A stretch of 64,000 nt of DNA. Origin: Podarcis tiliguerta. Lineage: Eukaryota. Positions within the stretch are counted from its first letter, which is position 1. Every line of letters starts with the position of its first letter. Location: assembly GCA_965153285.1 (NCBI GenBank), contig OZ229115.1. The stretch is one strand, 5' to 3'. The notes beneath the pieces are model-generated. The model did no database searches and was not told the origin of the DNA. It was given only the letters and a program-made list of their open reading frames with translations. Both the position numbers and the translations under genes were made by a program. This document shows positions 52,251 through 63,123 of the stretch, one piece after another.

Positions 52251-54509
52251 GGTGATACCTTCTGGAAGTTAGAGATGAAATAGAGGATAAGACAGGTGCT
52301 CCTCTGAGCTACTAAATGCTAGAGAATAGCTAACAAATAAAACTATTTTGATTAGCCATTATTTGTTCATACAAACTGTATGTATGTATGTACAAACTGT
52401 AGGGGTGATTATTTCCGAGGTTTCAGTTTGAACACCATATTTTACCAGACTCTTGTGTATTGAGCTAAACACTTGCTAGGCATTAATGTTTTGATGAAAA
52501 GTTTGAGATGCTTTTCTTGCTGTTCTGTCACAGGTTTGTGGCCTCATGTCCTCTGGGGCTCTGAAGCAGATTATTCTGAGGAAAGATAGATGGCTCTGTG
52601 AGGAGAGGAAGGACAATCACTGCTGGCTTCCTAATTTTAGTATTTTTCCTCTTTAGGTGCTCGTTTGGGGCTTAAAGAGCAGGAATGATTAGGAGGCTAT
52701 TTATGTTAACATCCCAGGAAGGAGAAATATTTCCAATGCAGATGAGTGGTGTATGCTTTACATCCATAACAAAACTATCAAAAGCCATTTTCCAATGTGA
52801 GAATTCCCTTAGTCTTTTGAGGTGTATTTCCCTCCTCCTCTTCTAGTTTATATTCAATACCATCCACAAACAGTATTTATTCAGAGTTAATTGTGAGGAG
52901 GAAAATCAGTACTCATTATGTAATCTGCCTGGGAAAGTCCTTGTAATAAGTGCCCTTTGAGTAATGCAAGGTCGCTTTTTAATGAATGCTGAAAACAGAC
53001 CAGGGAAAAGATGAGGGCTTCAAGTAGGTGTGGCTTGCAACAAAATATTGCAGTGTGTGTTCTTCTCACAGGTGTGTCGTATTCAGAATTCCTTCTAGGC
53101 AACCATGGCTGCACCTAGCAAATAATTCTGTTCTTTCCTTTCCACCTTTGCTTTTACAACGGACACGCAACATTCTGTGGCTACCGAGCATGCTCATTGG
53201 CCTGGCTTTGGGTGGGGGCAGAATTGGTCAATAAATTCAATGTATGTCTTGGGGTTCCCCCAGGTATACAGTTTACTCCCTCTTGTTTCTCTGTAGTTCT
53301 GTTTTGACTCTGTTTCTGTCAGCACTGACTGCTTTAGTTAACTGTTAAGAGGGAGAATCAGGATGCAATGCACATGCAATGTACATATTTCAGTGGACTG
53401 AAGCACAGAGTGTACAACTGCCTACACTCAAACCATTCTTACAAACAATATCAAGTATGTTCTCCATTTATTCATCTTTGTCTTCTGGTACTACTTCAGA
53501 GAGAAACAACTTTGGGGCTAGTATTTCATATCAACTGGGTTAGGAGGTTGTGTTTGGACATAATGATAAATTATGGGCTATTGTTGAAAAGGCAAGGCTT
53601 GTGCTTGAATGATCCGCCTCTCCTATTTTTTCTCCAGTGTAGCCAAAGAAGGAAACTGTTTTCATCTAACCATAGTTTAGCCTTATGTCTGAACCTGGAA
53701 AAACTATGGTTAATCTTAACTGTGGCTTATTGAAACAAGTCAGCAACAACAAAAAACATAGATTAGCTGCCTTCGGACATAATTATACATAATGAGTTGG
53801 CCACTGAGTGGTTGAAGAGTTGTGAAGTAAACAAGCAAAACAGTAGCTTATCCTACATTTTTCTATATAAAATGTTTGAGCTGACTTACAAAGTAAGATT
53901 AAAATAATTTCAGATACACATAGCCTGTTTAAAATATACAAAATACATATTTGAAACCATAAAATATTAAAATCAAAGAAGCTGGTTCACAATAAAAACA
54001 GGTTTTCATGCTTAATATATATAGGTAATTTTAATATAGTCCCTAGATAGGAGTAAAGACTTTTATTGTTAGGTTAACTTTATATGCGAACTATTCTGTA
54101 GCTGTTGCCAAAGGAAGTTGGAATCCACCTTATAAGCTCTTGCAGCGACACCCACCTACAAGTATGCACTAAGCTCTCAAATTTTAGCACGTGTGCATCA
54201 CTTTTCAGTTAGCTTAGATCCAGGTCCATGTAAAACTGGTAGAATATGGATGTGTTGGTGGCATTATGTATTTATTTATTTAAATCCATCTTATTTGTGA
54301 GATCACTTTCTGACAGGAGCTGCCTTTTTATAGAAAAAAAAATGAATTATTGTGACACCTTCAGACTAGGAATTTTATTAAAGTATAAACTTTCAAGAAC
54401 TATAATTCCACTTCATCAGATGTCTATACTAGAGATTCTGTAGTTACTGCTAAAGAAAGCTGGCACCTGACGAAGTTGACTCTAGCCCATGAAAGCTTGG
54501 GCCTCATCA

Positions 54510-54745
54510 AAATGGATTCAAGTTGTATTCATTGTAGCTCTGTGGTGAGCTTTCCATCACTGAAAGGGTTTCTCCTTGCATAATGGAAGCTTCACCTCCT
54601 CTCTTCACCCATGTGCCCCCTAAATCTGTTTTAGAGGTTCCCTCAACCCTCTGGAGCAAATTTGAGGAGGTCATGGGGCACGCAGGAGGGAGGAGAGGGA
54701 GGAAAGTCCCATTGAGTAAATGGAAGTCATTCCGCTCACACAATT
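54510..54745. mobile_element. palindromic MITE-like repeat (family also at ~6205-6435, 18290-18415, 18585-18775, 48280-48560), inside a probable Penelope-like remnant (54445-54790)
   Basis: Shared core AACCCTCTGGAGCAAATTT and quasi-palindromic structure. The flanks CTGACGAAGTTGACTCTAGCCCATGAAAGCTT ... GTCTTTAAGCTACTACA resemble Penelope ends (from memory). Confidence 0.5.
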
Positions 54746-55416
54746 AGGCTCTTTTGTCTTTAAGCTACTACAAAATGCTTTGTTATTTACTGAAACTATA
54801 TAGCAAGTTTATTATATGAAGTTTAGGTTCCACATCAAGAAAGTTGTGGAATGCCCCGTTGTTCTAGCTCCAGAATTTGCGTGGCTATTAGTAAGCCTGG
54901 AGCTTTATTTCTCAAAAATATTGTTTTTCAACAAAAGTGAGCATGGCTGGTGTCTCACAGCATCTTTCTGTGGCATTTCTCATTTTCTAGGTCCAAGTGC
55001 CAGGTTGGTCAAGATACTGAAACTTTCCACTGATGTGTTCAAACACCAAGAGGTGGTTTTATCAGGACCTTCTATATAAAGCAAAATTGCAGGCTTCCAC
55101 CCCACTACTGTGTAGCCCCTTTCAAGTGTGGCTTGCTTTATAGCTTTTTGGAGGGTTCTTCCTCACTTTTTCCATTATCTTCCAGTCTGTGTTATGGTGT
55201 TCCTCTTGAATTTCACAGCAGGGTAGTGCTGGCTATTTAATGTGCTTTGGGCTGCTCCGTGCATAGGCTGACCTATTCTGCATCTATGCTTGTTAGCTTC
55301 TCTAAACATTGTGACCAATTTGCCTTTCCTCTCAACTCACTGGGTTTTTGCTGCTTTCTCTTCCATCTTCTGCTTCCCTTCTCTCCCTCCACACTTTCTC
55401 GCTGCCGCTGTCGCAG

Positions 55417-55778
55417 GTTCGGCATGCCTAGTGGGCTATAAAAAGACACCGCCACCAGTCCCACCTCGGACCACCTCCAAGCCGTTCATCTCTGTCACCG
55501 TGCAGAGCAGCACCGAATCGGCACAAGACAACTACCTGGACAACCAGGACCACAAGAGCGAGGTCAACAGCCAGTCGGGACTGAGCAATTCCTCGGATAG
55601 CTTAGACAGCACCAGACCACCCAGCGTGACAAGAGGGAGCATTGTGCCTCCGGCCAGGGAGCCTCCTGAGTTACCCCAGAAAAATGCAACCTTGAAGAGC
55701 GACAAGGGGACCCTGACAAGTGAGGAGCCAAAGGTGGAGAATATCCCCAAAAGGAAGCTGTCATCTATAGGAATACAA
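55417..55778 (+). CDS. DLGAP4: DLGAP4 exon: SACLVGYKKTPPPVPPRTT...KRKLSSIGIQ
   Basis: Long polypyrimidine tract plus CAG at 55414-55416; donor GTATGG at 55779; lies in ORF 55290..55895; proline-rich PPPVPPR motif. Confidence 0.96.
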
Positions 55779-57191
55779 GTATGGAATTGTTTGTTCTCAT
55801 TAGCACTAGAAGATGTTCTTAATGTAACCATTTTTACATGTGCATCCTTGTTTCACTGCTCTGGCATCTGTGCCCGCTTGGTGTGCCTCTGCTGAACTTT
55901 GACTTTATAAAAGTCCAGGGGCACTTGAGAAGAAATTAATTAAGGCATATATAGCGAACAGGCCTGTAGGAAAATTCTTCTTTGATAACCCCCATGTATT
56001 GGTAGCACCACGAGTCCACTTGTTGAAGCCCATAAGAGAGAGGTGTTTACAGGGCAAACATGCTAAAGAATCACAGGGTTCAGCCCTATCCTAAGATGTG
56101 CATTGTGCAATTAAATCAACCCAGTTCTAAATCAAGAGAAGTTTACCTTATTAAGAAAAATCAATTTCCTATATGCCACACACAGTGTAGTAAACCTTGG
56201 CTGTTATTCAGTAAGATTTCGACTTTTGCATGGCAAATGTTCTGATTGCAGAATTCTGCAAAAACACATGCAAGTTCAAATATTGTGGAAGTGGCAGACT
56301 AAGTACTTAAACATACAGTTTCATTGGCTTTCTGTCAAATAATGATTCTTTGGTTCCTGGATTTCCTGTAAATTCACAGGGAATCTAATGGCATTGTTAA
56401 AGGTCAGGAATGCATGCACTGCTGTACATGATGCAGAAAAGAAAGCTACTTTGGGGAACATTTAAAAAATAAGTAATGTTCTGCCTTCTGTTGTCAGATT
56501 TCCAGAACAGCTATGCATTCCTTCCTTACTGGAAGCTTTGCAGTTGCTTCCCATGCTGATCCAAAGACTTGTGCTCACCCAAGTAAGAAAGTACCTGAGT
56601 GCAAATCCAATTGTTGTTAGCAGGAACAGATTAACTTCGACAAATACATGTTCTTTACTGCACAAACCCTTTTGTGTGTTGGTCTTCGAACAATGAGTAT
56701 TTCTAGGTTACCCAACTTATTTATTTATTCAGAATATTTATCAACTGCTTCATTAAAAAAACCCCAACTATAGCAGTGTACAACAAGATACAAATACGAA
56801 ATCTTACACAGCAAAAAATACAAATAAAACAGATCTGGCAGAATTACACAGTGGCCAGCGACATGCTAGAAACGTCCGGGATAAATGGAAACGTTATAAG
56901 CAGAGGCTGAAAACACAGTTTGTTCGTGTCTCATTACAGGAGGAAAGAGTATTCTTCTTTTTAAAATATTGTTTTCCATAGAGTAGATGCTTCTTAAAGC
57001 AGAGAAAGCATACAGTTATTCACTTGTTACAAAGGATCCAGGCACATTACCTCCAGGGTTGTTTATTCATGAGATAATTTGTACCCTGCTTCATCCACCT
57101 AAAAGGAGCCTTCAAGAGCAGGTTAACAATAGTATTAAAATAAAAAAGCAAATATTAAAATGCAAGTATGAAACAACAGTGAATGAAAACA

Positions 57192-57292
57192 CAGGTTCAG
57201 TCCCTGTACGGGACAGCTGCATATTGCTGCATTGCAGAGGGTTAGGCTAGATGATCCACAGGGGCCCTTCCAACTCCACAAATCGATGAAAT
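57192..57292 (+). mobile_element. 5'-truncated SINE, tRNA-Ile-like head remnant with the same CR1-type tail
   Basis: CAGGTTCAGTCCCTGTACGGGAC (compare tRNA-Ile 3' end GGTTCGATCCCCGTACGGGCC) + ATTGCTGCATTGCAGAGGGTTAGGCTAGATGATCC...CCCTTCCAACTC. Confidence 0.6.
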
Positions 57293-58337
57293 CTCGCCAA
57301 ATCTAGCAGCAGAACGACAAGTTAGTGCTTCTGTTGTGAAGATACTGAGATGATGATTGTGAAGATACTGGTATCACAGGCACCCATTGGATAATGCCTG
57401 TGACATAATAGAACTGTCCTATGTCCCCACTCCATTTTATGTTAACACTTAGTTGGCTTTTTAAAGAATAATTTAAATAGCTTATGTAATAGTACAATTG
57501 CTGTATCACAACTGCAGAAGCACTTGTGTAGCTCTTTACAACAGGGCACTAGCAAAGCTGCTTCTTTCCCACACTCTGTAAAACACTCCACCATTATTAT
57601 TAGTTACCTGCACCTTTTCTTCACATTTCACGTTGGAAGCTTGAAACTGTGTACTTCCTCTATCCTGCATCAGTCACATCCCTCTGAGACATGCTGTACC
57701 AATTCTCCTTTCCTCTCTATCCTGCCCTCTGCCTATTTACAGTACACATGGGAATACAGTTTTGAGCTCCTAGAAGTGCACTGGCACAAATACAAGCACT
57801 AAAGGGAAACTGTGTTGGGTTTAGATAGCCAAAGGTTATGCAAATTAATATTGGCTAAAGCTGCTGGCATCTTTGAAGCTAGGAAGTTATCTCCGCCTAC
57901 AAGGCATAACACCAGTCTGTGCTATACTGTCTTTTTCACACTTTATTTGCATTGCTTTGCCTGCTGGGAGCTTTGATGCAGTCACTTCGCCTTCACCAAA
58001 AGTCTTTAAATGGAGCTATAAATTGTTGCATTGCTGAGGTCTACATCAGTTCTGAGTACTACCTTGACACTGATTCTTCCATATGCAAGCAATAACTTGT
58101 GTTCCCTCTGGGTTGTTTGTTTTTCCCCATCCCATTCCCAAATATTTGGTGAATAGATGGGGAATTACAGAGAAATGCCATCTTTAAAATGTCCTTTTAA
58201 GAGCAGCTGTAAGTATAATATCAAAATATTAAAACCTTTCCTTATACCAACTTATACTCCAACCACTTAAAACAGTCTAAATAATATGCAGCAGAAGGAT
58301 AGGATAAATATGGCATCTTTGTGCCTTCTTCCTAATA

Positions 58338-58541
58338 CAGTGGTACTTCTGGATGCGAACGGGATCCGTTCCGGAGCCCTGTTTGCATCCTGAAGCGAAC
58401 ACAACCCGCATGCGCGTGACATCATTTTGACCGTCTGTGCATGCACAAGCAGCGAAACCCAGAAGTAACGCACTCCGGGTCGCTGCAGCGTGCAACCCGA
58501 AAATACTCACCCCAAAGCTACTTCAACCCGAGGTATGACTG
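58338..58541. mobile_element. Tc1/mariner (Tigger/pogo-like) MITE
   Basis: Ends CAGTGGTACTTCTGGATG / CAACCCGAGGTATGACTG flanked by TA (58336-58337, 58542-58543); CpG-rich; termini related to 2090-2332. Confidence 0.8.
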
Positions 58542-59123
58542 TAGCAAGTTCACCTGGCATCTATACAAGAACAATAGTGGTTCTTGTTTTTATCCATAAG
58601 CTGCCTTGAGTCCCATCAGGGAAGAAGGCAGGGTATGAATAAACAAATAACTGTGTAATAAAGCCAATATTCCTATTCAGAGTTCTGTTTTGCCTCATCC
58701 CAGTGCTTCTAAAGTTCCCTCTAGGATCATCTCACCTAGAAAGTATAAGAATTTTATATTCCAAAGGTAAAGATAAAAGCAGTTTAAAATTTCACATCAC
58801 AGATGCATAAACTATCCAGTTAAAAATCCCTGACTAAACAAAAATCTACTGCAAATGGCAACAGCCTTGAAATTAGCTTTAGATAGGATGGCATTGGCCT
58901 GGTTTATGGTGCCAGCAGCCTCGTTTCCCTCCCTCCCTCTCTCCCCATCTCCATGGCTAAAAAGGAAGAAAAGAAAATGTGCTGCCTTTTGATGTGTGGT
59001 GTCTGCATGACCAGTGCATGTGTGTGTGTTTGTGTGCGTGCATGCCTCCTTCCTTCAAATGTGAATTCTAGCAGCAAGTTTTTGTGTTTTTGTTTTTTTT
59101 GTTTGTATCTTTTTGTTAATAAG

Positions 59124-59215
59124 GTTGACTGCCTTCAGCCAGTGGCAAAAGAGGAGCCCCCTCCATCAGCCACCAAATTCCAGTCCATCGGGGTACAGGT
59201 AGAGGACGAGTGGCG
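59124..59215 (+). CDS. DLGAP4: DLGAP4 92-nt exon: VDCLQPVAKEEPPPSATKFQSIGVQVEDEW(R), DYNLL/LC8-binding region
   Basis: T-rich tract plus AAG acceptor at 59121-59123; donor CG|GTAAGT at 59216; end of ORF 58953..59219. Confidence 0.93.
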
Positions 59216-59681
59216 GTAAGTGGAAGACGCAGGCTTTTTTGAAAAAAAACCTCGTCCAGCTGCAGTTTCCCATTTTATAGTTTAGTTCCCTCTTTCTTTT
59301 TTCCTGCCTCAAATCACTGAGCATTGATGGGTTGCAGAACCTCTCCCAGTAGTAGCATGTTGGCTTAGTAATGTAGGTGAATCATTGGAAACCTGGAATA
59401 AAAAAATAAAATAAAAATAGAACTGGAAATGTAATTATAGATGTGTGCCAGTCTTTTTGTTTGGATGGCCTATTGCAGTGAGCAGGCAACCTTATAATTT
59501 TGTCTGTCTGCATGTGTGCGTGTGTGTCTGTGTGCAGAGAGGAACGGGGCAAGGAAACGCAGCTCAGCTGCAGGTGCCCCGAACAGATGCAGATCGTTGT
59601 GTCTGTGTGCCAAGTAACGAATCGGCCCTCCTCAAGGGCTGCTTCCTCTGATTCTCTCTCTTTCCCTCCTTCTCTTTGTAG

Positions 59682-60091
59682 CAACAGCCACTCTCACAGC
59701 ATGTCAGCCAAGCAGGATACAGATTCTGATTCACAAGAACCGAACAACTCTACCTGTAAATCACCTGAGAGAAGCCTTGCTGATTGCCCCCCATGCAACA
59801 ACTCCAACAGCCTTGATGCCAGTACGAGGCAAACAGCCATGCCCTCCCAGATCAAGAGAAACCTCTCCTATGGAGATAGCAATGACCCAGCCCTAGAGCC
59901 TTCCTCTCTTCCTCCTCCGGACCCCTGGCTTGAAACATCCACCAACACTCCATCAGAACCAACACAGCCGGGAGCTTGCCGAAGGGACGGGTATTGGTTT
60001 CAGAAGCTGCTGCAGGCGGAGACTGAAAGGTTAGAAGGATGGTGTCGTCAGATGGACCAAGAGACCAAAGAGAATAATCTCTCTGAAGAAG
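59682..60091 (+). CDS. DLGAP4: DLGAP4 exon: NSHSHSMSAKQDTDSD...RRDGYWFQKLLQAETERLEGWCRQMDQETKENNLSEE (start of GH1 domain)
   Basis: Pyrimidine tract plus TAG ending 59681; donor G|GTTGGT at 60092; ORF 59500..60105. Confidence 0.95.
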
Positions 60092-61118
60092 GTTGGTATG
60101 GATAATAAACTGACTCTGGTGGTAAAGGAGATTTCAGTCTGAAATGATGAAATCTTTTCCTGGCACAGTGTTCATGAATGAGTGTGAGGCTGGGCCCAAA
60201 TAGCAACTTACTGAAAGGAACACTTTGTATTTTTTTACTGGGGATCTTGTAGAGAAAGGAAGTGGAGAGCCTTGTTCAAATTATTTTTTTCTTCAATATT
60301 GTAGGGGCAGTAGCAGCAATCCGTAGTTTCTTCAGATGTGTTTTCCAAATTCATTGTTTTCAGTGCTACTATGGAGAGAATCTGCTATCTAATTTTCCTT
60401 GAGATCACGTTTAGCTATGTCACTCCATTCCATAGTCTGAGGAAATTAAAGTGTAAATGGAGCCTGAATGAGAGTGCTCTCTTGAGACCTTTAAATGTGG
60501 CTGCAGAGTGGGTAGACAGAGGACTTCAGCGTCATTTTTTTGGAACACATCAGGGATGTATTCAAAAACTCCACGTTTTTATGTGTGACTTAAAAAAAAC
60601 AACTAAAACACTGCACCTGGTAAAACTGAAATGAAGTCAGTGTTGGGTGGAGATAGACTAGCAAATAGAAAGCTGTTGCTCACAAATCTGTGATGAGGGT
60701 AAATTGCGCTCAGAGATCTTGGGCTCTTTGATGGCGTTGTGTCCTCAAATGCTATGGAGGGGCCTTTGGGAGAATATTAAATAAGGCTTCTCGCTATCCC
60801 TGCTAGACTTCACTAGCACTGTATTACAAACAAAGAAACTGGCAGCAGTATGGCTGTCTGCCATTCCTGATGGTGGCTGCTGTACAGGGTATTGCTGTTG
60901 GCAGTAGAACAAGGGCTAACAAAACATGCCCTCACAAAGGAGCCATGAGTCATTTCTAATGGCTTGTCATTAATGGCTCCGAATGAAAAACACTTTGGTT
61001 ACTGAAGGGAAAGGAAGATAAATCTGAAGGACAAAGGGAGCCACTCTCACCTCAAATATCCTTATATGTTCTGTTTTTCAAAGCACTTCCTCTTCTAAAA
61101 TATACCTTTCTAATTCAG

Positions 61119-61210
61119 TCTTAGGCAAAGTCCTCAGTGCAGTGGGCAGTGCACAATTACTAATGTCACAGAAGTTCCAGCAATTCCGTGGCCTCTGTGA
61201 CCAAAACTTG
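61119..61210 (+). CDS. DLGAP4: DLGAP4 exon: (V)LGKVLSAVGSAQLLMSQKFQQFRGLCDQNL (GH1 domain)
   Basis: TTCAG acceptor ending 61118; donor GTGAGT at 61211; manual translation gives the conserved GKAP-homology segment (too short for the ORF track). Confidence 0.96.
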
Positions 61211-61828
61211 GTGAGTGTGGAAATCTCTGTAATTGCTATGAACTGTGTCTAAGCGGGAGGACTATTTGGTCACTTATCAGGCTTTTGCCTAGGAAGTAAA
61301 AAATGTGGCAGTGTGCCTACAGCACTCTTCTGCCAAGTACCTCAGTGCAGTTTTTTAACTCAGCCATGTTCCCATCCCAGAGAGACCCCTGGATGAGTTG
61401 TCTCTTCCCCAGTACCAATCCACATACAACCATAGTGTTAAATGGGATTTTAAAAAAAACAAAAACCTTAAAACCATATGGTAATGTAGATCAAGGAGGA
61501 TATGTGAGGACATTGCTGTGATTGAGGCAGCCACAGATTTGACCAAGTAAACCAGGAGAAACAAATTATGTTAAATTGTACTTGAAAAGTATATGGATCT
61601 GTAGCAGGCAATTAAGAGTTTCCAATGTTGCAGTGCAGCGGGGGGAGAGAGAAGATAAGTTTCCGGCTTTAGTGCTATGTTGAATGCAGCCAGGAGATTC
61701 AGACGTTTCCACGTGAACTTAAAAACGACCTTCAAGTCTCAGCTTCAACATTAACTCTGAATTGCTGTGTAAGTGTACAGTAGAAGTTACAATGCTGTGG
61801 TTTTTCATTCACATTCTCTTTCTGTCAG

Positions 61829-61981
61829 AACCCCAATTCCAATCCCAGGCCCACAGCACAAGACCTTGCTGGTTTTTGGGATCTCTTACAATTGTCCATC
61901 GAAGACATCAGCATGAAATTTGATGAGCTGTACCACCTAAAGGCTAATGGCTGGCAGTTAACGGAGCCACCGGAGAAGAAG
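61829..61981 (+). CDS. DLGAP4: DLGAP4 exon: NPNSNPRPTAQDLAGFWDLLQLSIEDISMKFDELYHLKANGWQLTEPPEKK
   Basis: CTGTCAG acceptor ending 61828; donor AAG|GTGAGC at 61982; DLAGFWDLLQLSIED is the GH1 hallmark. Confidence 0.97.
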
Positions 61982-62904
61982 GTGAGCATGGAGCATTATA
62001 AAGAAACGGTGCTTAGCAGCACAAGTTCAGGTGGAGCATTTGAAAAGAAAAGAAAAGTGGCTTGGCAATGTAATGTCTCTGGTCTGTGCTAGGTAGCTTA
62101 ATTTACAGCATAATCCTAAGAGGTTTCATGGAAGTTAAACCTGCTGCTCTAACCAATGGGATTTGCTTCCAGTAAATGTGCCTGATCAGTTTTTGTTTTA
62201 TTTATTATTTGATTTTCAAAATTCACACACACACACTCACATATTGCACATGCTTCCAAGGCAGTTTAGAAGAAAAGAGACCAAATACAAAAAATAATAA
62301 TGTTGCGTATATTGGGGTCCTCAGGCATCTTGCAAAATTTAGAGGTGGTTGTAGAAAGTTTTGATATATTCCCTGTTTGCTGTTAAAAACACAGACTGCA
62401 GGAGTCTGTGTTTTCCCCCTGACAAGGGGAAAAAATAGTAGAAAGTGTTTAGACCATTCTGAAATAGTATAAGAAAATTGGTGTAAAAATGCTAGATTAA
62501 AAGTCAGATCCTCCTGTCCAAATCTCCCTCCCCATGTTTCCCATCTCAGTTCTGACCTGTGCTCCTATAGGGTGCACAAGGCATAATTGTAGCACTAGTG
62601 AATGATGTAAATTGATGCTACTTTACTGCAAATAGTCTATTTAAGCCCCAACTGTATTTTCTCACAGTTGTGAGTCAAGGGAACCTTACTTTGTGAATTC
62701 CAGTGAATACTTTGTGAATACCAATACTGAATGCGTTCACATTACTTGCCACCTTTTAAAAAAAACAAAAAAACCCAAAGCCTATGTGCTGAATAACAGC
62801 CTAAATTTTTGGCGCAGAACTTTGATTGCAGACAAAACTGTTGAGGAAGAGAACAGATCTGCCTGCAGTTCCTTTTAACGTTTTGCTGTTCTTTTTTCCT
62901 GAAG

Positions 62905-63123
62905 GAAGAGAAGAAGCCGCCCCCTCCTGTGCCAAAGAAGCCAGCCAAACCTAAATCCCAGCTGAACCGGGACAAGGCCTCTGACTCGGTGGATAAACAG
63001 CGCCAGGAAGCCCGCAAGCGCCTCATGGCAGCCAAGCGCGCTGCCTCAGTCCGGCAGAACTCTGCCACCGAGAGCGCGGACAGCATTGAAATCTACGTTC
63101 CCGAGGCACAGACCCGTCTTTGA
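62905..63123 (+). CDS. DLGAP4: DLGAP4 last coding exon: EEKKPPPPVPKKPAK...SIEIYVPEAQTRL*
   Basis: TTTTTTCCTGAAG acceptor ending 62904; stop TGA at 63121-63123; C-terminal class I PDZ ligand QTRL (binds Shank PDZ in this family). Confidence 0.97.
   Translation, partial: EEKKPPPPVPKKPAKPKSQLNRDKASDSVDKQRQEARKRLMAAKRAASVRQNSATESADSIEIYVPEAQTRL

Larger units (their letters stand above)
14944..63123 (+). other. DLGAP4: DLGAP4/SAPAP4 short-isoform coding span (7 coding exons, 1359 nt, 452 aa)
   Basis: Join 14944-14974, 55417-55778, 59124-59215, 59682-60091, 61119-61210, 61829-61981, 62905-63123. All introns are GT-AG, phases 1,0,2,1,0,0 are compatible, and there is no internal stop. The peptide matches vertebrate DLGAP4 as I recall it (YKKTPPPVPPRTTSKPFISVTVQSSTESAQD ... 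ADSIEIYVPEAQTRL). Confidence 0.95.

Noticed and set aside
55779-55895. Read-through of ORF 55290..55895 beyond IGIQ
   Set aside because: Similarity to DLGAP4 stops at the GT donor at 55779 and resumes at 59124; intronic
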